DNA of 64,000 nt from Hormiphora californensis (taxonomy: Eukaryota; Animalia; Ctenophora). The stretch is from the NCBI GenBank assembly GCA_020137815.1, contig CM035361.1, positions 3,410,001 through 3,474,000 on the forward strand, written 5' to 3'. Numbering within the stretch: position 1 is the first letter of the stretch; the number at the start of each line of letters is the position of its first letter. The translations under genes and the position numbers were made by a program. This document shows, piece after piece, positions 38,240 to 50,200 of this stretch. The notes under the pieces are model-generated. The model saw nothing but the letters and a program-made list of their open reading frames with translations, made no database searches and was not told where the DNA came from.

Positions 38240-40424
38240 ACTCGCCCCCACTAAACACCCCTCTCCTCCCCAGATATTCGTGGCCCCCTCGCCCCCACTA
38301 ACACCCCTCTCCTCCCCAGATATTCGTGGCCCCCTCGCCCCCACTAACACCCCTCTCCTCCCCAGATATTCGTGGCCCCCTCGCCCCCACTAACACCCCT
38401 CTCCTCCCCAGATATTCGTGGCCCCCTCGCCCCCACTAACACCCCCCTCCTCCCCAGATATTCGTGGCCCCCTCGCCCCCACTAACACCCCTCTCCTCCC
38501 CAGATATTCGTGGCTCCCTCGCCCCCACTAACACCCCTCTCCTCCCCAGATATTCGTGGCCCCCTCGCCCCCACTGACACCCCTCTCCTCCCCAGATATT
38601 CGTGGCCCCCTCGCCCCCACTAACACCCCTCTCCTCCCCAGATATTCGTGGCCCCCTCGCCCCCACTAACACCCCTCTCCTCCCCAGATATTCGTGGCCC
38701 CCTCGCCCCCACTAACACCACTCTCCTCCCCAGATATTCGTGGCCCCCTCGCCCCCACTAACACCCCTCTCCTCCCCAGATATTCGTGGCCCCCTCGCCC
38801 CCACTAACACCACTCTCCTCCCCAGATATTCATGGCCCCCTCGCCCCCACTAACACCCCTCTCCTCCCCAGATATTCGTGGTCCCCTCGCCCCCACTAAC
38901 ACCCCTCTCCTCCCCAGATATTCATGGCCCCCTCGCCCCCACTAACACCCCTCTCCTCCCCAGATATTCGTGGCCCCCTCGTCCCCACTAACACCCCTCT
39001 TCTCCCCAGATATTCGTGGCCCCCTCGCCCCCACTAACACCCCTCTCCCCCCAAGATATTCGTGGCCCCCTCGCCCCCACTAACACCCCTCTCCTCCCCA
39101 GATATTCGTGGCCCCCTCGCCCCCACTAACACCCCTCTCCTCCCCAGATATTCGTGGCCCCCTCGCCCCCACTAACACCACTCTCCTCCCCAGATATTCG
39201 TGGCCCCCTCGCCCCCTCTAACACCCCTCTCCTCTCCAGATATTCGTGGCCCCCTCGCCCCCACTAACACCCCTCTCCTCCCCAGATATTCGTGGCCCCC
39301 TCGCCCCCACTAACACCCCTCTCCTCCCCAGATATTCGTGGCCCCCTCGCCCCCACTAACACCCCTCTCCTCCCCAGATATTCGTGGCCCCCTCGCCCCC
39401 ACTAACACCCCTCTCCTCCCCAGATATTCTTGACCCCCTCGCCCCCACTAACACCCCTCTCCTCCCCAGATATTCATGGCCCCCTCGCCCCCGCTAACAC
39501 CCCTCTCCTCCCCAGATATTCGTGGCCCCCTCGCCCCCACTAACACCCCTCTCCTCCCCAGATATTCATGGCCCCCTCGCCCCCGCTAACACCCCTCTCC
39601 TCCCCAGATATTCATGGCCCCCTCGCCCCCGCTAACACCCCTCTCCTCCCCAGATATTCGTGGCCCCCTCGCCCCCACTAACACCCCTCTCCTCCCCAGA
39701 TATTCGTGGCCCCCTCGCCCCCACTAACACCCCTCTCCTCCCCAGATATTCGTGGCCCCCTCGCCCCCACTAACACCCCTCTCCTCCCCAGATATTCATG
39801 GCCCCCTCGCCCCCACTAACACCCCTCTCCTCCCCAGATATTCGTGGCCCCCTCGCCCCACTAACACCCCTCTCCTCCCCAGATATTCGTGGCCCCCTCA
39901 CCCCCACTAACACCCCTCCCCTCCCCAGATATTCGTGGCCCCCTCGCCCCCACTAACACCCCTTTCCTCCCCAGATATTCGTGGCCCCCTCGCCCCCACT
40001 AACACCCCTCTCCTCCCCAGATATTCGTGGCCCCCTCGCCCCCACTAACACCCCTCTCCTCTCCAGATATTCGTGGCCCCCTCGCCCCCACTAACACCCC
40101 TCTCTCCTCCCCAGATATTCGTGGCCCCTTCGCCCCCACTAACACCCCTCTCCTCCCCAGATATTCGTGCCCCCCTCGCCCCCACTAACACCCCTCTCCT
40201 CCCCAGGTATTCGTGGCCCCCTCGCCCCCACTAACACCCCTCTCCTCCCTTGGTATCCAAGACACCTCACACTCGCGGCCTTCGTTTGGCGCGCTTCGCG
40301 CGCCGGCAAGGGAGGGGTAACTTCGTTACCAATCTCCTCCCCAGGTATTCGTGCCCCCCTCGCCCCCACTAACACCCCTCTCCTCCCCAGATATTCGTGG
40401 CCCCCTCGCCCCCACTGACTCCAG
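38240..40424 (+). repeat. 46-bp C-rich minisatellite, about 45 copies, ending at the acceptor of a RIN-like exon
   Basis: Unit ATATTCGTGGCCCCCTCGCCCCCACTAACACCCCTCTCCTCCCCAG. Confidence 0.95.
40250..40332. mobile_element. 83-bp micro-element (same family as 35153-35192) inserted in the minisatellite
   Basis: TTGGTATCCAAGACAC...CTTCGTTACCAA; TSD TCTCCTCCC at 40241-40249 and 40333-40341; internal hairpin GGCGCGCTTCGCGCGCC. Confidence 0.8.
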
Positions 40425-43400
40425 AAAGTGCCGACGAGGAGGAAGCCCTGGTAGATCTGGGGAGTTGTACTGGATCAATTTACAGTAGCAGGACGAGTTT
40501 TGAGGACCAATTGAGGAGACAGCGGCAACCGACCCGCGCTGGAAGACCTTCATCTGTTATGGACAAGGTATTAATTTTAATTGATTAATTTTAATTGATA
40601 TATTATGTTAATTGATTAGATAATTTCTCCTCACTCATTGCGGGACACGGAGAAAGAGAGGTTCGAACAAAGCAAAAAGCTCGTTACCAATACATTTCTC
40701 CTCACTGTCATCGTCTCGGAAGTACTAATCAGAAATTGTGATAGGTGACAACTTAATTACTCTTTTGAGCTGCACTACAGCCGTCTCGCACTCAGTTGTC
40801 ATCTAGCAGAGCTCTGCAATAGCTTATAATGATCCGTATTTGGCTCCTTTTTTGTAGTAATGACAGATAAATTGACAGCTCTTTATTATATGGTATAGAT
40901 GAGCTATTAGATGAAAGAGATTGGCTCTTGATTGAAAGAAATTTTGATTGAAAATTGACAAGATGTCTCGCATAATTATGTCCGCATATTCAATGGTAAA
41001 GTTAAAAGTTGATATATTGTCATGATGATAGTTAAAACTGAATTTCCCTTAGCTAGTCTAATTAAGCTGCTAATTATTATAATCAAGTTGCTAATTAGTC
41101 TAATTAAGTTGCTAATTAGTCTAATTATCTCAACAGATGAAATCCCGGGTATTCAAGTCAGATCGAAGTGTCAGGCAATCCACACGTGCCAAACTATGTC
41201 AGAAACTATCTCCCCATGTACTCCGGCTAACAGGTATACAATGAACCTCCCCTATACTGACATTGACGTTCTTTTAGGTTAAAGCGATCAACAGATTAGC
41301 AAAGGGTGCTAAAACAGACAAACTGACAAGACCAAGGACTCCATGAAGAACGGACAAACTGACGAACAGAGAACGGTCAAAGTGACGAACAAAGAACGGA
41401 CAAACAGAGAAAGTGACAAACACGAAGATAGGACGAGTAACATGACAAGTGACAAATACTGTAGATAATACTGACTGTTTTATAATTATATGTTGGACAA
41501 TGACGCTGTACAAACTTGAAAACTTTTGTACGATACTTTTAGTTATATTTTGAACCTAATTTGTTGTTTAAATACTTTGATCATGTTAATCTAAAAGGGT
41601 TTACAAGTTACAACTCCAATATCTTGACCAAACAACACCAATACATATCTTCAGATCTCCAGGATTTCACCTTCGCCACACGTGTAGGAACATTTGTTAG
41701 TTTTGTGAAACAGCAACATTACCGCTCCCCAGAGAAACTGCTCAGCCAAATTCGGGAATTCATGTGCGACATCAAGGTGAGTTATTATAATTTGTATGAG
41801 TTATGATTATGACGTCATCGCTGGATATAAATACTTCCAAGTTTGTTGTAGCAGTGAAAACATCAATAATTGTTCTGACAAAAGTACAAAATTACAAAAA
41901 AAAACCACCTAAATATTTTGCATCGTCGTTTTTTTTTCTACAACACGCATTTTTCCGAGGTTATTTAATTTTACTAACCCATCCCCTCTGCAGTGTGAGA
42001 TGTTGAGCTACAAAAGCGACGAACTGGAGGAGATGGTTGGCAAGGTCCAAAGAAAATCTGCCACACCACCCAAGATAAACGATATTGTAGAGGGTGAGTT
42101 ATATTAACTAGGGTCCGATGTCTGTATTGGTGTCTGTAAAGAATAACTCGAATTAATTGGATCTATATAAGGGACAGCTCCCAATCTTTGCAACAAGCTA
42201 ATGTGTCCCAAATAGGGTCCTCTGAGTTTTTTAACGGCTAACCACTCCCCTCCCTATGCAGGTATTCTAGTGCGGTCTGTTATTTGGCCCCTCCGACCCT
42301 GCATCACGAAACTTCTCCACGAGCACTACCAGAACGATGCAGAGTACCTGCAGCAGTGCATGACAGTTGCCCTCACCAAGTCAAAGGAAGAGTTGGGTGA
42401 GTTCATGCACGTGCAGTTGCGCCGCGCACAGATCAGTGAGATCTGAAGAATCGAGCTGCATTTTAAATTGACAAAAAACAACCCCGATTTTTATGAAACT
42501 CTGACAGAATGTTTTTTTATGTGTCTAATATTGGATTCATAAAATCATTTTTTTAGCCACAAGAGCTGAATGAGTGGGGCTCCGTCATACTGATATTGGC
42601 TGTGCGGGTGGTCAATATGACGGAGCACCGGTTACTAGCTATAAACCGTGGGAAGGGGGGGGGTGGTTACAAACTAGAAGGGGGGGTATAAAAGTTTTAT
42701 TACGGCATTATCACCACCCACGAAGATATTTGTTGCTGTAGCCTGTATGATTCATAAAACTATCTTATATATATTCATTTTTTGCAGGAATTTAACTTCA
42801 TGCTCACAGTTTAAGTTAAATTCCTGCAAAAAGATTGAATAATATATTTTCTTTAACCCTCCCCCTTTTATTTCCTCGCAGGAATTAACGAGTCACTCTT
42901 CTGTGGGGAGGAGCTGGATTGGAGTCGAGCAGTTCAATGCCTCCAGGACATACCAAACCACTACAGTCCAATTAAAAAGTTGGAGAGATTGTTGGCGTGT
43001 GTCAACAGTATCTATGCTATAGTTCGAGGTGAGTAATCAAACTAAAACATGACCTAATTAACATATTAGTGACTCACTAATAGGTTAATTAGGTCATGAC
43101 CTATTAGTGAGTTGCAAAACCAGTTAAAACCATGAGTCCTCCCTGTGTCGAACAGCTGGGAAGCAGAGATGCCCCAACAAGGGTCCCACCCAAGATCATA
43201 AGTACAGTCGGACCCCGATTTAACGGCATCCTCGGGGGAAGGGTTTTGTCCGTTAAATCGGGGTGTCCGCTAAATCGGGTTTCAAATACTGTTATTTTCG
43301 GCCTATATCGGGGGAAGATTATGCTGCCGTTAAATCGGGGTGCCGCTAAATCGGGGGCCGCTAAATCGGGGTCCGACTGTAACAAGATCATTTAATTGAA

Positions 43401-44476
43401 TAACAAGATCAATTAATTAACTGTATTTCAGAACAAAATTTGGTTAAACGTGGCAGGGCTCGGTCTATGGGTGCAGATGAGTTTCTACCAATTTTCATCT
43501 ACGTTCTGGCACTCAGTGGGCTCAACAATGCAGGTATAGGTTTATAACAACTGCAGACTCAATTATAATTAACTCAAAATAATTAATTAACTAGTAAATT
43601 GACAGTTAATTAATTAATTAACACCCGTAATTATCCTCAGAACAAGAGATTATGTGTATGCAGTATCTCCTGGAACCGTCTCTTCTAATCGGGGAACCTG
43701 GCTATTACCTAACCTCTCTTGCATCTTCTACCATCTTACTAAAAAGCCTGAAATTTGATTGCCCCGCCCAGGTTCTACCGACTATGGGTGAGTTATGTAT
43801 GCTCTGTAGAGCTTTAATAATAGTCTTCTATATTGTTTCTTTTTTGCCGGGCTCTTATAATAGGTGTATACAGTCGAACCTTGAATATCGATTCACCCCT
43901 TAGTTGCCAAGTTTTCCCTCTATCCGATCCCATAGTTTTGATTAATTAACTAATTAACTAATTAAGAACCATGTTTGATATCTCTCTCCAGGTCACCTCC
44001 AGAGCATGATTCAGATTCACTGTACGGATATGACTGACATCGCTTACAAAACTGTACCAGTCAATCAAAGCACCACAACGGCAGATCTGATGCATTCTCT
44101 GGCGGCTAAATTCCGATTGGAATCAGAAATCGAGGTGAGAAGTTAAATTTATTTTCCTGTCAGAGCATTGGCATGACAGGGTTTTTTTCAAAGCTTAAGA
44201 AAGATGTAAGTTTATAGTCACACAACATCCTTTGAACAAAACATTCCTCCACCCGCCACAATTCCCCTTCTAAGCATGACCCCTAACACACACCCCCCTC
44301 CCCAGGAGTACGGTCTATTCAAAGTAGAGGATGGAGAAGAGATCCTCCTTGATCCCGCAGATTGTCCTCAGTTTGTTAAAAATCAGTGGCTGGTTGAGAG
44401 CCTGGAGAAGGATATCAACTCACATTTCACTTTTCACCGGTTACGTAGCGGCTCCGGCAAGAGAGGTGGATCATGA
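40425..44476 (+). CDS. RIN-family (Ras and Rab interactor-like) Rab5 GEF with VPS9 and C-terminal RA domains; 5' end undetermined
   Basis: In-phase exons 40425-40567, 41137-41233, 41655-41776, 41994-42093, 42262-42396, 42882-43028, 43432-43533, 43641-43787, 43992-44134, 44306-44476. Motifs YSPIKKLERLLAC, MGADEFLPIFIYVL, LLEPSLLIGEPGYYLTS; RA-like YKTVPV...TTADL...AKF...EYGLF. Confidence 0.88.
42775..42840. repeat. Short hairpin/MITE remnant in an intron
   Basis: TTTGCAGGAATTTAACTT...AAGTTAAATTCCTGCAAA. Confidence 0.55.
43205..43379. mobile_element. Tc1/mariner-type MITE
   Basis: TA|CAGTCGGACCCCGATTTA...TAAATCGGGGTCCGACTG|TA; internal TAAATCGGG repeats. Confidence 0.85.
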
Positions 44477-45891
44477 GAATATATAATACCTGAAATATAT
44501 TGAATGTTGGTTGTTCAGCTTTGAGAGAATTGAGCGGTTTTTTAAACTTTAATATTGGTGTGGTGGGCGGTGTGGTGATGAAAAAGAGAAATCGGAAGAC
44601 TCTAATTATTGAAATTATTTTTTATGAAGTTGAGATCTGAGATGGTCATAGTACAAACTAAAATAACCGAACTTCTAAGAACGATAACGTGAGAGAGAAT
44701 ATAAAAAACAGCAAGTGATTACTATTATAGTTTTACTTTTTACCAGAATCGATTCCTTAAAGTTAACCACACAGGGATAAAGTTAGACAATGAACGCGAT
44801 GACAATTTTAGGACTGAAGGGAGTCAATTATTTTATGTAGAGAGAAGGAGAGAAATTAGGAATTGTTGTTTTATAAGATGAATCATCAGGCACCGGATTA
44901 TGGCTGGATAATTTTCCGATTCAAAATATTTTCTGTCAAGGTCCGGTTACACTGACACACGCGTACATACACGCGTACATACATTAAACACAAACGTAAC
45001 TGGGCTTCATCAGCGCGTTATGTGCAACCTCGACGGAAAACATTTCGAATCAGACATCCAGGCCGGGTATTAGCCGTGTAATTATCAAGGCTACATGTGT
45101 TGTATGGTATATATTGTGTTATATTGTTTATACTTTCCTTTACGACTGCATAACGTCATACGTGTGCTGTCACAAATAACTCATCGTGTTTTGTACTTTG
45201 TCCAGGATATTAATGAACAAGACCAACGGAGGGGGCTTCGTTAGGGTCAGCACACACCTACGACAAAATCAAACCCAGACACACCAGCGCTGTTAAAATT
45301 TCTCTCCCCAATTCTCACAGTTACAATCTTGCGTACGTCATTTTGTCATCCAACGCGACATGTTAACAGTGTCAAAATGGCGCGCGAGATTGTGACTGTG
45401 AGAATAGAGAAGACAGAATTTTAACACTGGTTGAGTAATGATCGATCGGATGTAATGAGGCCTCTATGCTCAAGGCGGGGAAGACCTAAATTACATATGG
45501 GATCGAATTTCTCGATATGAAAAAGCTCTTTCATTATATGATTATATGTAAGGTCTCTCAGCTCCTGCTGCTTCTGCTACTATTACATTTCCTAGCTTCT
45601 GTGACATTTCGCCTATATTTTCAAGAACAAATCATGATTTTCTGGTGACGAACTATATTATAGACTGAGACATTATCGCTGTAATTGTATTATCATAATA
45701 TAATAGACGTCGCGTACAGACGTTATAAAGTCGTAGTCAGACTTTTGATGACGTCTTATAGACGTACTAAAGACGCCGTATCTTAATTACAGATTGTGAT
45801 AAAGACGTGATACAGATGTATCAAACGTAATAAAGACGCCGTATCAGACGTGTCTGGCTTGATATAGAGGCTTTTATAAACTTCAGGTTGC

Positions 45892-45995
45892 CATGCTACG
45901 CAGTCTGTCTTACGCTCGCCCTTCGGGCTCGCGTAAGCTCACACCGGGCCTTCGGCCCGGTGTGACTGTGAGAGCTGACAGACAAGGAACATGTC
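45892..45995. other. 104-bp branched-hairpin insertion flanked by 14-bp direct repeats
   Basis: AAACTTCAGGTTGC at 45878-45891 and 45996-46009; two CTTCGG-capped hairpins inside a GTCTGTC/GACAGAC stem. Confidence 0.65.
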
Positions 45996-46351
45996 AAACT
46001 TCAGGTTGCTCTCTTTCTACTCCTAAATTTAATTGCAGTCGTTCACTTCCGGCTAGGCTGCTAGTACTAGTATTATTGCATTTATGGTATGGTATTACAC
46101 ACTCATATCTCTGTTATACAATTTGTGGCTGCTATATAGTCAGTGCGATGCAGCTGGTCAGTGACCCCTCTCGGAGAGGGCCTCTCCTCTTACGCGAGAA
46201 AGGGCCAGCTTGACAGGATGAAATGACATTTAATTACTTCATTAGTTAATGATAGATTTGTTACATAATTCGATTGTGCTGGATGTTGATATCGTGCTTG
46301 CATATGTGATCTTATAAAATGCGCTTTGGGCCAGTTTACCTTTGCTAAACC

Positions 46352-47016
46352 TTGGTGACATAGACACCATGCGCGACCCAGATTGAGCTCACACACAGGT
46401 GTCTGCTCCGCCTCAAAAAGGGTCGTTTCTTTCAAGGGATGTTGCACGCGATCCACTGGACCGATTTGCATCCGGTTTGTTGCAAAAGACTACAAATGAT
46501 CCTAATATACTGGAAAATACCCGAGAAGTTTGTTTGTCAACAGGAAGTGGGTCAAAATTGACACTGAAGTCAAACCTATAATCTGGCTTCCGAGAGTTTC
46601 TGCACTACGCCCATGCGATTTAGAAGATATTGGGAGATATGTTGATGCAATTAGCATCAGCTATTAATGCCGGGTATTTTCCAGTACTCACAAGAGTTCA
46701 ATCTATCTTCTGATACCCTCAGATTCATTCTACACCGTCTGGGAGTGGTGCAAAAAGGCTCGGAAGCCAGATTATAGATTTGACTTCAGTGTCAATTTTT
46801 ACCCACTTCCTGTTGACAGACAAACTTCTCGGGTATTTTCCAGTAAACTAGGACCAATTTGTAGTCTTTTGCGACAAACCGGATGCAAATCGGTCCAGTG
46901 GATCACGTGCAATTTGGCCTTTTTTAGGGGGCGGAGCGGACACCTATCATGTGCGAGCTGGATCTCGGTCGCTGCGCGACCTCGATCTCGCACGCACTAG
47001 GTGTCAATGTCACCAA
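46352..47016. mobile_element. Mutator-like MITE (long palindrome, TTGGT...ACCAA ends)
   Basis: 9-bp TSD TGCTAAACC at 46343-46351 and 47017-47025; inverted arms of about 250 bp. Confidence 0.85.
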
Positions 47017-47049
47017 TGCTAAACCTTCTTCCTTCCCCTATTTAGCAGA

Positions 47050-49953
47050 ATGGAACTAAGAAAGCAACCAACCAGGGCAACCCGAAAGTGTAAAGCTAAA
47101 ACTGCACCTGACGGTGTACAGTGGCAAGATGAGAATGACGCTGACTTTTCTCCGAGACCTTTCTTAAAAACTGAGCAGATTCCTGAACTTGAACTCCATC
47201 CACCAGTGAAAACAGAACCAACAGAATTGGATGGCGAAGTGTACTCTCAAGTTAATCCGATGTGTATGAAATGCGAGCTGGGGCTCTTCGACGAAACTTA
47301 AATCACACTTAATAAATAAGCTCTCTTTAGAGTTACACAAGGAAAATTTTTCAGACTTGTCTCGAGAAGGGTGTCGTCGAACGCTTTCCAAAACCTCACT
47401 TTAGGTCCTTGGTGTGAACCACGTGTATACCACGTGAAGCCCCGGATCACCCCTCGTGTATGGGTGTAAAAAACCAATCAGGGGATCGAAACTGGACACG
47501 TGATAGGATTTCCATTACATGGGTTTACACAGGCGTCAATTTGGTCACGTGTAGGGTTCACCAGCCAATAGTGTTAGCGAGATATCACACCAGATTGGTG
47601 GTGAAGAAGAAGTTTGACTTCCATTTCTCAAGATTCAAGAAATTTCAAATCTTCAAAACTCTGTGTACTCTTACAGTAGCTGGCAATGAATGTTATAGCG
47701 GACAAATAGAGATCTAACAATGGTTGTTCATTATGAAAAATCAATAAACCTATACACTAATAACTTGCAATATTATTTAGGCCGGATAAGATGAATAGAT
47801 AGGCTGCTAGATGAAGAGATAAACAGTGAAAGTATAGTAGTAGTTCACTGTTCATCTTGTCCTGCCAGAAGGAAAACAAGTGAATTCATCCACATCTTTT
47901 CTGACTGTGAGAGTCTAATACAGATGGTGTATGCAGTATGGGCTTGGCTGAAACCCCAAACTAGTGCCTCAATATTGTAGTTGAGTAGAGATAGCTAACT
48001 GGGGGACAAGGAGTGCCATTTTATCTTTTTTCTACATGCGAGAAGCAAAATATACACTGTTTTGTAGCATCTTTTACTTGCCAGAGCTGTCTTGTCTACC
48101 ATTAAGTCTCCTCTGGAGGAGACTTAACAAACCTCACTTTTCTCGATATTTGAGTGAGATATTGCGTGAACTATGACGTCATTGTCGCTTCAATTTGGCC
48201 CAAATCACGTGATTTTACCACGTGATTAGGGGGTTACGCAAGGTTTGGAGAGCTTGTGTAAAACTTCACTTACTACCCCTCAATTTTCACTAAGCAAGAT
48301 TTCTAAAAAGTTTCGTCGACACAAACCATGCTTAAGGGGTGTGAAAATCAATTAGAAGGTGTGAAAGGAGAGTTACGCAACGTTTTTAAGTGTGTTTAAA
48401 GTTTCGTCGAAGAGCCCCTGGACGTTGATTGTAAAAACGAACCTGGTATATTAACTCTTAAAACGGAGCCAGTTGACCCTGAACATTTGGGTGGATTTAC
48501 CGACTGTGATACCTTTGAACCAACTGAAGTTCCTTCCCCTGTTCCTGATATTTCTAAGAAATCGTCTCATTCATTGTTTAAAAACGGTAAGTGCATCAAT
48601 TTTTATTTGGATCAGATTTAGTTAAAATATTCGGCTTCACTCTGTTCTACATTTTACTTTCTGTATCTTCTTTTTCTGTAAGTGTATCTGATTTTATTTT
48701 CAGGCAAAGAAGATCAGACAGTCTCAAAAAGAGCTCGCCCTCCCGTGCGCTATTATGATACAGATTCTATGAGCGGATCTCTCAGCGATTCTCTAAGTGA
48801 TTCTAACAGCGATTCTCTCAGTGATTCTCAAGCAGAACCAATCATCCATCATGGAGAACGGGCTTACAAATGTAAGGAATGTGGACAAGGATTTGCTGAA
48901 CCTAGACAATTAAAAAAACACTTAAATATGGGTATTCATACAGGTAAATAAGGCTCTAAATTTGGTGACATACATTATCTTAGACTTTTACAGACACATG
49001 TGTGAGATCAAAGTCCCTCTCTTTCTCTTCCCCTCCTTTCGCATTATATCATATATGTTCATAATAAAATAACAGAACCAATTGAATCCACATTGAATCC
49101 ACATTAATACTACAAATTTGGATTCAATTGGTATAGCATATCTAAATGTTTAACTATTCGAGCTATAAATTCTAGATGTCATTTTGTTTCAGGTGGAAAA
49201 AAAGAAAACAGATCAGCTGATGGTGGTTCAAAATGTCTTCCAGGTTCAAGTAGAAAAAGGGTTCGCGAACGGCGTCATAAATGTATGGAGTGTGAAAAAG
49301 GGTTTACTACTAGCAAAGACTTACAGCGTCATATGGTTACCCATACTAAAGAGCGACCCTACAAATGTAAGGACTGTCAAAAGGGATTTACTCAACAGGG
49401 ACACCTCAAACGACACATTTCGACGTTCCATATAACTATTGAGCGGCCATTCAAATGCAAGGAGTGTGGGAAATTGTTTAACAAGTCTGAACAGTTGAAA
49501 AATCACGAGTACATTCATACCGGAAACTGGCCTTACAAATGCAAGGACTGTGGGAAAGGGTTTAGCCAAACTGGAACCCTCAAATGTCATGAGCGGACTC
49601 ATACAGATGATCGTCCCTACAAATGTAAGGAATGCGAGAAAAGTTTTTTCGAATACATACATCTCAAAGAGCACATGTTTAACCATACTGGAGACTGGCC
49701 TTTCAAATGTAAGGAGTGCGGAAAAGGTTTTCTTCGAATTGGACACGTCAAACGGCACATGATGACCCATACTGGAGAAAGGCCCTTCAAATGTAAGGTG
49801 TGTGGAAAAGCGTTCGCTGAGTCTTTCAGCTTGAAAAAGCACAATTATATTCATACTGGCGAGCGACCACTGAAATGTAAGGAGTGTGGAAAGGGTTTTA
49901 TCGAATCTCAAAATCTCAAACGTCACATGGTAATCCATTCTGGAGAAAAATAA
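47050..49953 (+). pseudogene. C2H2 zinc-finger gene copy 1, with its first coding exon split by a Harbinger-like MITE
   Basis: Coding segments 47050-47280 and 48421-48586, then exons 48704-48943 and 49193-49953. Nine C2H2 fingers precede TAA at 49951, and two more finger units follow the stop. Paralogous to copy 2. Confidence 0.8.
47281..48417. mobile_element. PIF/Harbinger-like non-autonomous element
   Basis: TIR GGGCTCTTCGACGAAAC...GTTTCGTCGAAGAGCCC; 3-bp TSD CTG; the empty site TGCGAGCTGGACGTT is present in the paralogue at about 53040. Confidence 0.9.
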
Positions 49954-50200
49954 TTTAAATGTAAGGTTTGTCGAAAAGCGTTTCCTCAGTCTGAAGCCTT
50001 GAAAGAGCACAGTTACATCCACACTGGAGACTGGCCTATCAAATGTAAGGTGTGTGGAAAAGGTTTTCTTCAAATTGAACACCTCAAACGACACATGGCG
50101 ATCCATGATACTAGAGAAAAGTAACATGGGTGAAATGATACAAATGTAAGGAGTGTGGGAAACGCGAACGGTTTATTTTTTTCTGGACACCTCTAATCTT

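Noticed and set aside
38240-40424. Regular repeat array resembling a CRISPR
   Set aside because: The units are head-to-tail with no unique spacers, there are no cas genes, and the context is eukaryotic.
47281-48417. Introner-like element spliced out of the ZNF exon
   Set aside because: No GT/GC donor or AG acceptor at the element boundaries, and an in-frame stop at 47299-47301.
49321-50127. Long antisense ORFs over the zinc-finger arrays (also 58216-58911)
   Set aside because: A common shadow of C2H2 codon periodicity.
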